Positions 40,558-55,068 of a DNA stretch of 64,000 nucleotides are shown here, piece after piece. Numbering within the stretch: position 1 is the stretch's first letter; the number at the start of each line of letters is the position of its first letter. Made by a program: the position numbers and the translations under genes. Source of the stretch: Paramecium tetraurelia (Eukaryota). The notes beneath the pieces are model-generated. The model was given only the letters and a program-made list of their open reading frames with translations. It did not search any database and was not told the origin of the DNA. Where the stretch lies: positions 1 to 64,000 of the forward strand of contig CT868657.1 of the NCBI GenBank assembly GCA_000165425.1, written 5' to 3'.

Positions 40558-42193
40558 TCAAAGCTATTACTACTACTAATGTTGTTGTAATTTATTATAA
40601 AATTTGAAAGCTGAGTTTTTTTTAAGTGGAGTAGTTTCAAATTTTAGTTTGCTCAAACTTAAATTATCTTTAAATTAAGAATGCTGAATAAAGCTTTTAT
40701 TTTCTGATTTGAGATTAGGTGTTTTCTTATTAGATTAATGCATAGCCTAATGTTTAGGAGTAAGTAGATTTAGTAATTTGGAGGGCGACTCAATTTGATG
40801 TTGGAAGTGATCATCATACTTTACTTCTAAGCAGAGATTGCTGGGACTGTTGGTATCATTGTTTGCATTGTTATTGTTATTATTATTACTATTATTATGT
40901 TGATGTGGATCAACCTTTTCTTTCAAGGGAGTTTTGAATTGATTCAGAGAAGGCAATTAATATTCATCACTATTATTGGTTTATTCATAAATTCTACTTA
41001 AATTCTTCGAAACTTGATTTGCGCTGTCCTACTTGTATTTATGCAAGTAATTATAGTAAAAGGAGGGTCTTTGTGATAAAAAGTCTTTAATAACTGAAAC
41101 AGTAAAAACGTCTTAACACATAATCCAAAAGTTTTTTATCCATCTGTCTACTTTTTCATCCTGGTCATATCCATGAGCACCTACTTTTTCTTGAATATAC
41201 TCGTATAAATTGTTTTAGATATCATCTACTTTGTCTTCATTCCAAAAAATGGAATCTGCAATTTTAGCGGTTTTCTTGAGCATTTTATTTTCCATATTAA
41301 AACTCTCAATTCCGTCAATTTTGATTTCATTCATCATTTTAGAAATATAAGAATTAACAGAGTTGGGATTTAAATAGTTTTATTGTTTATTGGTTCTTCT
41401 TCTAGGAATATTATTGGGGGAATAGGATCTAGGTGACATTTATCCATTCTATTAAGATGAGAGTAGTTTTTATAATAGTTATCTTTCAAGAGAAGTAAAA
41501 GAGTTCATTAATTCAGAATTGGACATGCCTCAAAATTATTTATATCAATTTACCTCCTCTTTTGCGAATATCCTTCAATCTCTCCTCCATCTTCAGGGAT
41601 ACGTTTTTTCATAGCTGAATTCCAATGATTTTTAATGGAATTATCTGTTCGCCCAATTAATTATTTAGCCATTTCAGCCCATCTATTACCCATCACTCTA
41701 TGAGATAAGAAGAGAATCCATTCCTCATAATCACCCCAATGGGATTTTTTGATTTATGGATTCAAATGATTATGCCAACGCTCTCTGCATTATTTGCCAA
41801 TTCTTCCTGGTAAATGCTCAGCAATGAATGTCCATTTCTGTGGACCATGCATTTATACTAATTTGATAAGCAAATTATCCTCTTACTCTGACCAAGGTCT
41901 TTTTTTACCTTTAGACTATAAGATTAATAGGGAGGGATTACATGAAATAGAATATCTTCATCATCATCATAATCTCTCTCTTAAGCATATTTTGGTGTAA
42001 CTGTCAAGGCGAAATTGGTTAAGCTCTTTTATTTGGTCGCTGCAATATCTTATAAGAGATGCTATTTCTTTTTATCGGTGGGCTCTATGATTTCGCTGTA
42101 CTCATTCTTATTTCTTAACCTTCTTTTGATGATGGGAGGAGAAATGGATTAATGATTTTATGATTTCATTCTCAACCTCTAACTTCTATACAT
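40558..42193 (-). CDS. R2R3 Myb transcription factor
   Basis: [65 protein letters not shown]. Confidence 0.92.
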
Positions 42194-42256
42194 TTTATTA
42201 ATTAAAATAATATTTTTTGAATTTGAATTTCAAAATATAAATATATATTTTATGTC

Positions 42257-43237
42257 TCATTATGATAATAATAAAATAATTAAGAGTATATATAATCTGC
42301 TTGAGTTGATGCCCCAATAATCATCAGTATAAATCTTCTGAATGCATTCATCATTAAACATGATTTATGATTATAGTTCATAGAACTTTACAGCCTTCTG
42401 ATAATCGATATACTCGTCTAAATAAAGAGAAGAGCAAGGCCCATATCTCAAAATAGTATGACAATACTGATTGACCTGCAATAACCATTAGAATAATTCC
42501 AGTATCTTCAAATACTCAGGATCTCCTTCAGCCAAACTGCAATAAGAAAACCCGCCAGCATTGAATCCACACTGACATTCAGAATATCCATATAACTTCT
42601 CATTGCTATCCAATAAAATACAATCAGTGTCAGTTTCACATGGTTTACTCTTTGTTAAACTATGAGGTCCGTTTTGACAAGTTCCATTGGTTGGATTTAT
42701 ATATCCATAATAGCATGCCTTTGGGTTATCAGCTTTGATATTGTTTTCTAGAGAATAGTAATATGCGCATTTCCCCAAATTACACACACAATTGTTAGTG
42801 CATTAATAATCATTTGAACATGACTATTCGAATTGAACTTACTCTTTACAATATGTATCACAATAAAAACCCACATCACAAAATTGATGGCCTGAACATT
42901 ATTGATTCAATTTCAGTCCCAGACATATTCCACCTATACAACTATTCGATAAACAATCACTGTCCCCACTACATCCTTCTCCTGGAAGAATCTTATCTTT
43001 GGTTGGCCTGTCTGTACAAAATATAGGTTTTTAATAGGCAGCGTCTTGCCATAAACATGTTTTATCATCAGCACATGGTGATAATTCATGAACCTTACCT
43101 CTATATTCTGACACATTTACACAGACATTGTTCTGATTCTCTTCTCCACATTTGTATCTTTTACCTCCACATTTTGTATTTGCAAATGCGTATACCAAAA
43201 TGATAAAGTATAATAATAATAAAAGTTCTTTAATCAT
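42257..43237 (-). CDS. Cys-rich secreted/surface protein, probable GPI anchor
   Basis: Signal peptide MIKELLLLLYFIILVYAFA, many Cys, CQCGFNAGGFSYC, hydrophobic tail NSSRLYILLIILLLSQ*. Confidence 0.8.
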
Positions 43238-43602
43238 TAAAAATTATAATTAACTTTATTAATTTCTACTGATTAAAGATAGCAAAAATTGCTAAAGCTC
43301 TGTTTTCTCAAGTTTATAAAATCCATTATATTTTGGAGGTATTAGATACTTCACTTTTGCTGTTTAACTCTATTTTTTACTTAAAATGAGAAAAACAAAG
43401 AAATAGATAAGTTTTTAATTATGAACCAAATTTATTAAAAATGAGAAGGATATTTTCCCTTCAAATTAGAATTAATATCAAGAATGATAAATGGAAATTA
43501 GAGGTAAATTACTGCATTATGTTTATAGAAATATGTGTTATTTAATAAAGATAACATGATTAAATTAAGTGATATTTCTTTATATTCTTCAATTATTCTA
43601 TA

Positions 43603-44184
43603 TCAAACAGGTACAGATTACATGTCTTGGGATTTAACAAATTAATTTATGAGGAATAATTGAAATGAAATTATTACTATGAACAGCATTACTTTTATAA
43701 TATTTGAAATTGTCAATTATTTATACAGAGTTATTAAGTTTGTATTGATTGTTTATTCTCTATGATATGATTCCTTTTGGAGCATTTAAATCCATCTGAA
43801 ATCTGAATCGATTTAATTTAAATTCATCTTTGTTTATAACATATCATTCTTTGATGCATAATTTTTATCAATTCCTAAAATGTCAAAATCGAATTCAACC
43901 AAGGTTTTGCTTGATCCATTATTTTTAAAACAAATCCTATACTTTCCAGTGTAGAGCGCCTTGAGTTGTTGTTCATTACTCTCAAAATCATATTAAATAT
44001 TATAAGGATCAAAAAAAAATATCTAAACATCCTTTGGAACGCCATCAACCACTAAATATTTAATTGTTATATAATCATCTTTCTTAGCATTCATGTAAAC
44101 ACACTTAGGCTTCTTGTCTATCAACTCTATTCCTAAGCACTCAATTTATTCGATAAATAATGCTAAAATTAATATCAAATACAT
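43603..44184 (-). CDS. p24/emp24/gp25L (GOLD domain) cargo receptor
   Basis: Signal peptide, PKCVY, TGKYRICFKN..VEFDF, coiled-coil, C-terminal TM with FQ. Confidence 0.8.
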
Positions 44185-44298
44185 TATAAATAATATTCAT
44201 AGTAAGCAATATATTTCTGATGAAAATGAATTAGTAAAATATAGAACTTTATTTGAATTGTGTAATATTTAGATTTAGTTTATATTTATTTTATAAAA

Positions 44299-45131
44299 AT
44301 GGCTTAAGTATTTAATTCAAAGGTCAGCATTATCACCAAATCGGAAATCAGATATGAAGGTACTATTTATTAAATTAATCCTCAATAACAAACTATTGCA
44401 TTGAAAGATGTACGTTCATTTGGAACGGAGGGAAGAAGACCTGGTATTATTTTTAAATAATTATTTAAGATCATGAAATACCCCCCAATTAATAAAGTTA
44501 CGATATTTTGGTGTTCAAGGCAGCTGAAATTAAAGGCTTCAAGACTTTGGAAGAGAACAAGCCTGAGGATATTAAATTAGAAAATGTCAAATAAGAAAAC
44601 CAATCCCAATAAGCATAGCATTTCCAACCACCTTAAAATATAGAATAAATAGAGCAGTAGCAAGAATAAAAAGGGTAATTTCAAAATAATTTCTCATAAA
44701 ATCAATAAATAAAATCTAATGGAACAAATCCCAGAGCTTTTAATTTTGAAGAAATGCTTCAAAAAGCGAATGAAATTGAGAAGATTAAAAAGTAAGAGGT
44801 GAAACCTAAGTATAATCCTACTTCATTTTTCGATTCTCTTTCAACCAGTACTCAAAAATAAGAGAGATAAACTCAATAAAGAAATCAAAATTAGATTGAC
44901 ACTGATACTTTTGGTAATTTTTATAAATAAAGATAACATAATAACAATAATAATAACAATGGATAAAGGAGAAATAACAACAACAATAATAATAACAATA
45001 ATTATGATAAAAATAATAATAAAAATTATAGAAGGAATAATAATGATTAATAAAGAGTTGTTTATGTAGAAAAACAATCTTTAGAATAATATTAGTAATA
45101 ATCATAATAACCACAATAATAATAGCAATGA
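44299..45131 (+). CDS. LSM14: Lsm14/Scd6/Rap55 family protein
   Basis: KVSIITKSEIRYEGTIY..VRSFGTEGRR; FNFEE (FDF box), YNPTSFFDSLS (FFD), DTDTFG (TFG). Confidence 0.9.
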
Positions 45132-45232
45132 ATATCAAATTTGTTATTATTTAAATAAAATATACAAATCAGTACTAAACTTTAAATTGCCTATAATTCT
45201 TTCATATTTTAATCAATATATAATTTAAATAA

Positions 45233-46228
45233 ATGGTAAAATATTGCTAAAGTTGTAATACATAGAAAGCCTTTATGGTAAGACCAAAGACTGGAAACCT
45301 TATTTGCCAAAATTGCTTTTTTTAAGCATTTGAGGATGAGATTCATCACACAATCATATCTACATAAATGTTTAAGCCTGGTGAAAAGATTGCCATAGCA
45401 GCTTCAGGAGGCAAAGATTCCACAGTCTTAGTTCACGTTATTACTCTACTAAATAAGAAGTATAATTATGGATTGCATTTATACTTATTATCAATTGATG
45501 AAGGAATTAAGGGATATAGAGATGATTCTCTAGAAACAGTTAAATAGAACTAAATCACCTATGATTTGGAATTAAAGATCTTATCCTATAAAGAACTCTT
45601 TAATTGGTCAATGGATGAAGTTGTAGCACAAATTGGTCTCAATAATAATTGCACATATTGTGGAGTTTTTAGGAGATAATCATTAGATAGAGGTGCAATA
45701 TAATTGGGAGTTGATAAAATTATAACTGGACACAATGCGGATGATATGGCAGAGACATTTCTAATGAATCTTTTAAGAGGTGATATCTTTCGATTGCCAA
45801 AATCTACTGCCATAATCACAGGTGATGATGGAGACAACGGAATTGCCACATTGCCTAGGTGCAAACCTTTCAAATACACTTATGAAAAAGAGATAGTAAT
45901 GTATGCACATTATAAAAAACTCATTTATTTCAGTACTGAATGCACTTACTCTCCTAATGCTTTTAGAGGACATGTTCGAGAATTAATTAAGAATTTAGAA
46001 GCCATAAGGTACATATTTTATTATATATTTTATAGACCTAGTGCAGTAATTGATTTAATTCACTCTTGCGAATAATTGGATGCTCCAAACCAAAACTAAA
46101 AATTACCTCAAAAACAATTGTGTTAAAAATGTAATTTACTATCATCGAATAAAATATGTAAGGCATGCACATTACTCGAATCATTAAATTAAGGAAGAGC
46201 TAAATAAATATTGTAAATTTAGGAGTGA
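45233..46228 (+). CDS. CTU1: Cytoplasmic tRNA 2-thiolation protein 1 (Ncs6/Ctu1)
   Basis: N-terminal CxxC pairs, [33 protein letters not shown]-terminal CxxC. Confidence 0.95.
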
Positions 46229-46374
46229 CTCTATATATAAGTTTTCAATAGAGTTATTTTTATTCTTAGTTATAAACAAAAAAATATTATAATCTATCAA
46301 AATAATTCAAAAGTAATAAAAGCATTATTAATTTTAATCAAAAAATTTTGTATTTTGATAGAAAATCACTCAAG

Positions 46375-49116
46375 ATGGATAATTTTTAAGTATAAGATTT
46401 ATGCTATGATAACATTAAATGTCATGATTGGCAATGTTAGAAAAAACATCCTCGGTGCTTTGCAGGGATTTGTATTTAAGGTTTAAATGATGATGAAGAA
46501 TGTAATATTCAAAATTGTCAATTATTTCATGTGTCCTCCGATACACTTTCTAATGAAATTATGATAAATGGGTTTTATAGATACAATATATGTAAAAAAA
46601 AAAATTGTGAGGTCAACACTTGTAGGTATTTACATCCAACTTGGATTAAGGATTATTGTGTAGATTTTTTTTAGAATAAATGTAAATAAAATTGTAATAA
46701 TCATCTAAAATGGGCTTAGATGAAGAACTAAATATATGAAAAATATGAAATTTAAAATTTAAATCCAGATGTACTCTGCAAAAAAGATAAGTGTAAATGT
46801 TAAAAACATTTGGCAAATATCGATGATTTCTGCATAGATTATTTTTAAGGTATATGTCCTTTAATTGAATGCTCTAAAAAACATGTATTTTGGGAAGAAC
46901 TCAAATCGAATAGGAAATTATAATTTGAGGAACCAAAACTAAAGCCATGTAATAAAAAGAATGTCATACTTAATTAAGAAGGGATTGAGAATAACTCTTA
47001 AATTAAGGTTATGATTGATGAATAGGAATTAAAAAGAATGCATAAAGCATTATAACAATAAAATATTATCGATATTATATTTATAATGGATTGTACAAAA
47101 ACTATGGATCATTGGATTTAATAATGCCATTCACAAATGGCTAGTATAATTGAAAAGTTTCAAAATTAAAACAACAAATACATAACTCGAGTTGGGTTTG
47201 TCGGATATCGCGATATTATTATTAAAAAATAAAAGAGTATTATCTAGTTGGATAGAAAGAGTATGATTTCTTCAGAGGTGAATGATTAATTCAATTAAAA
47301 CGATTTTGAGATTGTTGATAAAAATCATGTTGTTTTTCATGACTTAACTGATAAAATTGATTCAATTAAAGAATTTATTAAGCAACAAAAGGCATATGGT
47401 GGGGGAGATGAAGCTGAAGATGTCGTAGCTGGAATAGAAAAAGCATCATAATTAAATATTTCCAAACATCAAGATACTGTATTGATAACATTTTTATTTG
47501 CTGACTCTCCTTGTCATGGTAAATAATATCATGATATTGACGATGATGATTTTATGGATAAAATTCCACTAGATACTTTAGAAGATGTAATGAGAAGATA
47601 CAGAAAAATTAAAACGAATAATTTTTTCTTTTGTTCAAGAATTTCATAAAAAACAGATAAAATGTTCACCATTATGAAATCTGTATTTCCAGAAGTTTCA
47701 ATAACTGATCATATTACCCCAGAGGATTTTCCTAATTTGATAAGTTTTTCATTATAAGATAGCTTTTCAAAAATAAGCAAGAGTCAACTATTCAAGCCAA
47801 TAGAAATCAAAGCATAATCCATAAAATCTAAGTATATTGAATATGATTGTAAAACAATTGAAGATAGGATAAAATTTTGGGGGAATTTTGTTCAGGTTTG
47901 TTAATCACAAGAGAGAGTTAATCACACAATTATAAAAATTAATTAAAATTAAGAATAAATATTAGAAAATGAAGACGGAGTTAATTCATATATATTTAAA
48001 GTATTTGATGTTATAAATAATCAAAATTTAGTCGCTAAAATTCCTAAAAAGATAATTCAGGAATATCAACAAAAAGAATAAATTTTGAAGTAAAGTAATT
48101 CAAATGAAAAAGTAAAATTGTCAGAAGAGTCAATATAAGAAGCTAAAAAGTTCGCATAATCAAGATTTATTTCATAAACTATAGCTAAGCAATTGGCAAA
48201 AATTTATAGGGAAAAAGTCTAAAATTTAGCTGGATCACCTCCCATCTTTTATGTATCACCCATGATATATGTTCTTTCCTCGCCCTTTTATGGTTTGGAC
48301 TATATTTATGCAGAATCCTATATCAATCTACCAAACATTTAATGGAAAAAATATTCAAATAACTTATAGTATATAAGCCCAGAGTATTATTACCTTTCTT
48401 CATTCAGTCATTTTACTTATGAAGAAACAGGTAAATAGTTTTTGATCGCAGATTTATAAGGGAAATTAAATATTTTTAGCGATCCATCAATTTAGAGTCT
48501 TGGAAACTATAATCAAAATTTAAATAACGATACAACTAATCTCAATCATGCAGGTATTGCCAATTTTATTCAGGCCCATGAAAAATGTAGCTTCATTTGT
48601 TAGAAATTGTAGTTAGAAAATACAGCTGCTATAACGTAATTTGATGAGACAAAATGGGAATTCAATGAGACCTAAGAATTATCAATTATATGTGAGACGT
48701 GTGATGAATATTAACAAATTAAGCTTATTGATTATGTCAATAATGGCCATAAAAAATGCTAATAATGCAAGGAACTCGAACAAGTTATACATGAAGTATA
48801 ATGCAGGTGTTGCTATGAAAATTTTAAAACTCCGATGAATCAGTAATTGAGAATAGGAACATTAGTAGGAAAATGTGAAGGTTGTAAGGTAAACTGTAGA
48901 TAACCAAATCTAATTTGTTGCTATTGTAAAATTCATTGCAAATTAAAGGTTTCATCTGAGAATATTGATGGCAAATAGATTTATTTATGCAAGGAAGGAA
49001 AGTAATATTTATCTTCATTAAAATGTAAAGTATGCAATTCTTTATATTCCTTTGACAAATTCCTAACTGAGACATATTATGAATAAGGTATATATAAGTG
49101 CCAAAAGTGTAATTGA
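46375..49116 (+). CDS. Tandem CCCH zinc finger + vWA + alpha-kinase (eEF2K/MHCK family) + CxxC-rich protein
   Basis: Intronless ~913 aa; vWA DIIFIMDCTKTM, RVGFVGYRD, GGGDEAEDV; alpha-kinase WKKYSNN, FSHFTY, IADLQG, SDPSI, HEKCSFIC. Confidence 0.88.
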
Positions 49117-49469
49117 TGTTTTTTATAATCATTATAAAAAATTATGATTCTGAGTAAAATCTTATTATTATTCACATTTGTTTTAAACGACTTCTGAAAG
49201 GAATTACATGTCACACCAACAACATTTGCTCTATTGAAGGATTTAGTTGTTTCTAATTTGTAATTGAGTAATTGAGAGATCAATAGAAATGAATTTTACG
49301 ATTACATTGAATATTCTCAATTGAAAGGATGAAAATAGAGGATTGTCACAGATGATATATTCATCTGAATCATTCGAGTATTCCTTATTGTTTTATAGAA
49401 ACAGTAATGTGAAGTTGGGTTTGAGATTTATACTTTAAATAACACACTGTTATAAATATTATATATAAA

Positions 49470-50763
49470 ATGTCTTATTCATAAAAAAACTTTCTAAATT
49501 AACCATTCTACTCTCCAGCGAAATTTGAGAATGATTAAAAGGATTTGATGATTTCCTAATTGAAAGCCGAAAACTTTGAACTTAAGCAAAACGATAGGGA
49601 TTACTAAGAATTAGCTACTCATTTGAAATCGTTAGAACATAGGTGAAATCACATTTAATTTTAGATATAATATGTTACATGAAGAAAAGATGAGAAATGA
49701 AGTAGAATATCGAAATAGAAGTGATTAGACATTAAAGACTATTGCTAATTTGAGAAATGAAATTGATAATTTGAAATCCTAGTTAACTGAAAAGCATATA
49801 GAAAATTAGGAAATGAAAGCAGAGAATTTGGCATTTAAGGAGATAACAGAACATAGATCTTAAGAAAATCAGAGAGTGAAAAATGATATGGCTTTATTGT
49901 AAGAAAACAATAGAAAATTGTATGAAGAAAAGCTTAGATTAGAGACAGAATTATAAGCAGCAAAAGATGAAAGAAAGAGGTAAAGAATAAGAAGTATTAA
50001 ATGATAGACTGTTGCATGATAGAGAGTTATTGAATAATACATATGAAGATGTATTGGATAAATTGAATGAGAAGGAAAAGTAATTTTCTTAATTGTAAAC
50101 TGAATTTGATAATCTTGAAAAGCAAGCCCTTATTTATAAAGCAGATGTCGAAAATGTATTTTTTATTGGATTATCAAGATCAATAATGAGGTTAAATCTA
50201 AGAGTGAAAACCTCAAATATACAAGGATGCAATATTAAGAAGCTCAGAATTATATTTCGCAATTGCAAAATGACCTAGAGGAATTACATAAGCAGAAGGA
50301 GAAGTTTAAATAGGAGAGTTTGCTTTATCAAAAAAATTACTAGCAAGAGGCTGACACTTGCATGGAATTAAATGCCTAAGTGATTCAACTAGATCAAACA
50401 GTTAAACATCAAGAAAAGACAATAATCGATTAGAGGAATGAGATTGAGAGATTGAAGTCGATACATATGGAATGTCTGGAAACAACGGAAGAGTTGAGTC
50501 ATGAATTAGATTAAGCCAAAAGGATTAATGATTAATTGGAACATCAACATAGAGATGTATTTCATTGTACTTATGAATAGGTTATGGAGGAGTTGGATAA
50601 GTTGTCATTGACAGAGGAGTAAGCTGCAATGGCTAGGGCTAGCAAATACAAGGAATTGAAGACCAAATTGATAATGGGAACTAAGCAATTATAGTAGTTC
50701 TAATCTCCATTTAAGAGATTTTCTACAAACAAAAAACCTTTGCTGAAATAATATGATTTTTGA
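49470..50763 (+). CDS. Coiled-coil hypothetical protein
   Basis: MSYSQKNFLNQPFYSPAK.. E/K/Q-rich heptads; 4 tiny introns. Confidence 0.75.
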
Positions 50764-50810
50764 AAGCGATTAATTACTATAAATATTTTAATTTTTAACA
50801 GCTTTTGAAT

Positions 50811-52340
50811 ATGATTGAAATACGAAGACCACTCTCAGAAAAGAATTTGGGAAATAGATCAAGCAAAGACTTGTAAAGACCAAATTCATCCAATTCATAA
50901 TAAAAATAGAATTTGTAAACCATGAAAAGTTCAATATAATTACAAAAACAAAATCAAAACTTTTATTCCAAATATTTTAGTAGTAAGGATTAAAAAGAGA
51001 ATATGGAGATTCGTTCCAATGTCGAAAGAAATCCATCAGCCAAATCAAAATAGACACCTTAGGATTATAAAAAATTGTAAGATAAACTTCTCTATTTGGA
51101 AAATAAAATTTCATCAATCAAATCTCACATCGATAATAGTTAGAGACAATCAAAAAATAGTATAGCTTCTAAGTTTTTTTCATAAAACACACAAAATAAC
51201 CACAATTCCCAATCTGTCTAAAAGTGTGTGTAAATTGATTTCACCAATAGAGGATAGAAGGAACAGAGAGAATTCACTCCTCAATAATAAAATAAATTAA
51301 AATCAAGTACTCTAGTTAATAATAACAATGAATACAAAACTTCCATTGAAGGAACAATAATTAAAAAGCCAAGCCTATCAACATTTGTTACTTAAGTTAA
51401 AGCCCCATTGACTGACAATAAAACGAATTTTAAAAACTTAAAGCCAGATTCTGCCAAGGCTGGTAGTTCAATTAAGACCAATTTTAAAAGGAAGAACTCT
51501 CAAGAAAAAACAGTAGAGTCCTCATTTTTATATTATATCTCATCAATTATTAAAGGATATATGCAACCAGAGATAACAAGGCCAATTGAATTGATTAGAG
51601 AACATTTACTTTAAACAATGTAGGCATCCTTGTTTTAGAAATCTGTTAAAATAGTATCAAGTGTTGAAGATAAGAAAGTCAATTTACCCTCCACAAATAA
51701 GAAGACTATTGTTTTTGATTTAGATGAAACTCTCATCCATTGCAATGAATCAATTCAGGTTCCAGGCGATGTAATTCTACCAATTAAATTCCCCTCTGGA
51801 GAGATTATTGAAGTACAATATTTAATTGATTTTTAGGCTTCAATCAATATCAGACCTTATGCTTAACAAGTTCTATAGACTTTGCATAAACATTTTGAGA
51901 TCATAGTATTTACTGCATCGCATTCTTGCTATGCAAATGTAGTCATTGATTACTTGGACCCTCATAAAAATGTGATAGCTCATCGATTTTTCAGGGACAG
52001 TTGCATGCAAACTGAAGAAGGAGCATACATAAAGGATTTACGAGTAATTGGAAATAGATCATTGAGTGACATGGTTTTAGTGGATAATGCAGCCTATTCT
52101 TTTTGTCTTCAACAACTGAATGGCATCCCCATTATTAATTATTATGATAATAAAATGGATTAAGTATGTTTTTTGTAGTGATTGTAGGAATTACTATATT
52201 TACAAAACTATTTGATGTCGTTAAGAACAGTCAGAGATGTTAGATAATACAATAGTTAAAATCTTAAATTAGATAAATTTGCACAATTCAGCGATCCTAT
52301 TGATTTATTGCAATCTCTTCATAAGGATTATATCCCTTGA
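50811..52340 (+). CDS. CTD small phosphatase-like (FCP/SCP, NIF family HAD phosphatase)
   Basis: VFDLDETLIHC, NIRPY, FTAS, YIKDL, VLVDN, NGIPI. Confidence 0.92.
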
Positions 52341-52580
52341 TTAATATTAAAAATATATAAATTTAATTAAAGATCTATGTAACTCGCAAATCGAATAACG
52401 TTTATCGTTAAAATGTGAATTGATGGGTCCTGGTGATAATTTTATTACAAATTAAAATTGTTGATTCAATCTTCAAAGTCTGTTTTGCACATTCAAATCG
52501 CTGGTCTCAATAATTGCAATTTGCATCAATAACCAGATGAATTGAGTGTGATCAAAAGGTATTCAGCCTTCAAGATCAAA

Positions 52581-54117
52581 ATGATATGTTTATTGGATGT
52601 ATTATTAAAAATATTTATTGTAAAAATGGAAGAGTTCGAGATATTAGATTTTAATGAACTTCAGAAGGAAGAGAAGGGAATAGACAAGGCAGCAAAATTT
52701 TTGTAGAAGAAGATATAGAATGGGTTTAAAATCAGTATAGTGATTAAAAAATAACATAATTTTGCATTGCCTCCTTTGCAATAAAAGAAAAATGATTTAT
52801 TCTCTAAGCAACACCAACCTATGGACATAGTATAATTTACCTTAATAATAGATTAGTTAAAGTTCTGAGCAAACCGAGAACATTGATAAATAAGGTTCTT
52901 CAACATCTTCGCATTCTAGTATCAAAATGAATAAAAAATTAACTGTTCCACCAACTTAACATGAAACACCCCAATAAGATTAAGATGAACAGAAAAGTGA
53001 AAAATCTGAAGATGACTAGATTTCCTTCTATTAGAACAAAAATAACAGTTTTGAACATTGTCTCAAGGATAATTTATTAACTCAAAAGATACAAACAGGA
53101 TTGTTATTCATGAGAGATGGTAATTCTAAATTAGCTCTGGAGAAGATGATGGATGTGTATAAAGAAGGAAATGAGTAATTAAAATAATGTTCGGATTAAT
53201 AATAAATCTCAGTATTAATAATAATTTGCATTTAATCTCTTTGCTATGCATCCCAAGTATTTAGGGAGTTGGGATAATTTAGTGAGGCATAAAAGTATTA
53301 ATTCATATTTGAATTCTAGATGTTTGGATAAATGTTTAAACTAATTTGAGATTAATGACTTTGATTTATTATGCTAAATATATATCGCAAAGGCACAATG
53401 TTGTTTGTTCAATAATTAATACTTATAATCCCTAGATTATTACACCAAAGCATTAATTCAATATGAATAAGTTAATTGGAAGTTGGAAATAGCAAAGTTA
53501 TTAGTTAAAATCTCTTTTGTGTATGCTTTGTTAAGTAAAGTTATATACTTATAAAATAGATGATTTTGCTGATGCAAAAAAGATTTGTTATGAAGGATTG
53601 TCCATTTTACAGGGGAAACTCTCAAATTCTGATCCAAACATATATGAAACATACTATACTCTGGGATGTATCTATTATCTTGAGAAGGAATACGACTTCG
53701 CCTTGGAATATTTAGATTAATCGAAAGAAGGACTTATTAAATTGTAACCTATTCAGACCTTATGTAGATATGGCGAAAAACATATAAGCATCATAAAGAT
53801 TCTCAATTTACAGGGTGTGATCAACCATTTGTAAGGAAACAGTAGTAATGCCATGGAACTCTATGAATAAATTGTTTGTTTATATGGGTACAATACATTC
53901 TAAAATGGATAGCGACTCCTAAAATGTTGGATTAGCATTAGTATTGAACAATCTAGCCTTGGCATATTTGGATAGAATGAAATTTAAAAGTGCGAAGTTG
54001 TCATTTGAAAAGGCAACAGCTATTTTGAAATTATATCTCAATGAATAGCATCCTACTTTTTAAAGAATCGAGAAGAACAAGAAACTCGTCGTTGCGGCTA
54101 CTTTATCTTATATATGA
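52581..54117 (+). CDS. TPR-like repeat protein
   Basis: Helical repeats e.g. [38 protein letters not shown]; 5' end uncertain (may extend to ~52380). Confidence 0.6.
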
Positions 54118-54177
54118 TTTTAATGATTCTAATTTCGTAATTTTTTCAAAAATTATATTAAAAGATTTCCATTACCT

Positions 54178-55068
54178 ATGGTATAAATATTCATCTATTA
54201 TACAAAAGCCAAAAGCTCCAAAAACCAATAAATCAAAGAAAATTTCCAAAAAGATTGCAGACAGAAAGAAGAATCCTCTCTTTGTTAAGGATGCTAAGAA
54301 TTTTAGAATTGGAAATGACGTTCAACCAAAGCGTGATTTATCAAGATATGTGAGATGGCCTCGTTACATCCTACTCCATAGATAAAAAAAGATTTTATTA
54401 TAAAGAATCAAAGTACCTGCAGCTATTCATTAATTCAGCAAAACTCTTGATAAAAACTAAAGTAAGCATAATATTCAATTTTAATGATAGGTTCCAAAAT
54501 TTACTTTTAGTTAAGAAAATATTCTCCAGAGACAAAAACTGAAAAAAAGCATAGATTAATCAAAGCAGCAGAATAAAAAACCTAAAATTAAAAACCTGAT
54601 AGCAAAAAAGTAAATGTTCTTAAATTTGGATTAAATCATGTGACAACTTTAGTCGAAACCAAAAAAGCTAAATTAGTTCTCATCGCCTATGATGTCGATC
54701 CAATTGAATTAGTAGTTTGGTTGCCACAATTATGCAGAAGGTAAGAAGTACCATTTGCATTTGTTAAAAGTGAAAATATATTTTTATATATTTTCTAGAT
54801 AAGGCTAGATTGGGCACTTTGGTTCATTAAAAAAGTGCCACTTGTGTTGCTTTGACTGAAGTGAGAAAAGAAGATTAAGCTGAATTTGATAACTTAGTAT
54901 AAGATTATATAATGTGTTAAGGCTAGAGACTTAAGATAACACTATAACGAGAATCATGAATTATTGAGAACTATAGGAGGTGGTCAAGTCGGAATCAAGT
55001 CTAGACATTAATAAGAGGCTTTGAAGAAGGCTTTCGAGATAGAGGAACTCAAAAAAACAAGCTAATGA
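54178..55068 (+). CDS. RPL7A: 60S ribosomal protein L7a (eL8)
   Basis: [41 protein letters not shown]; first coding exon is the ATG alone. Confidence 0.95.

Noticed and set aside
44818..45138. Minus-strand hydrophobic/Tyr-Cys ORFs from the ORF track
   Set aside because: Antisense shadows of the Lsm14 poly-Asn tail; likewise the + ORF 12674-12871 shadows the YPPQPG repeat
44299..49116. Lsm14-CTU1-CCCH alpha-kinase as a functional RNA-control cluster
   Set aside because: Ciliate genes are monocistronic, and adjacency alone is no evidence without synteny or co-expression
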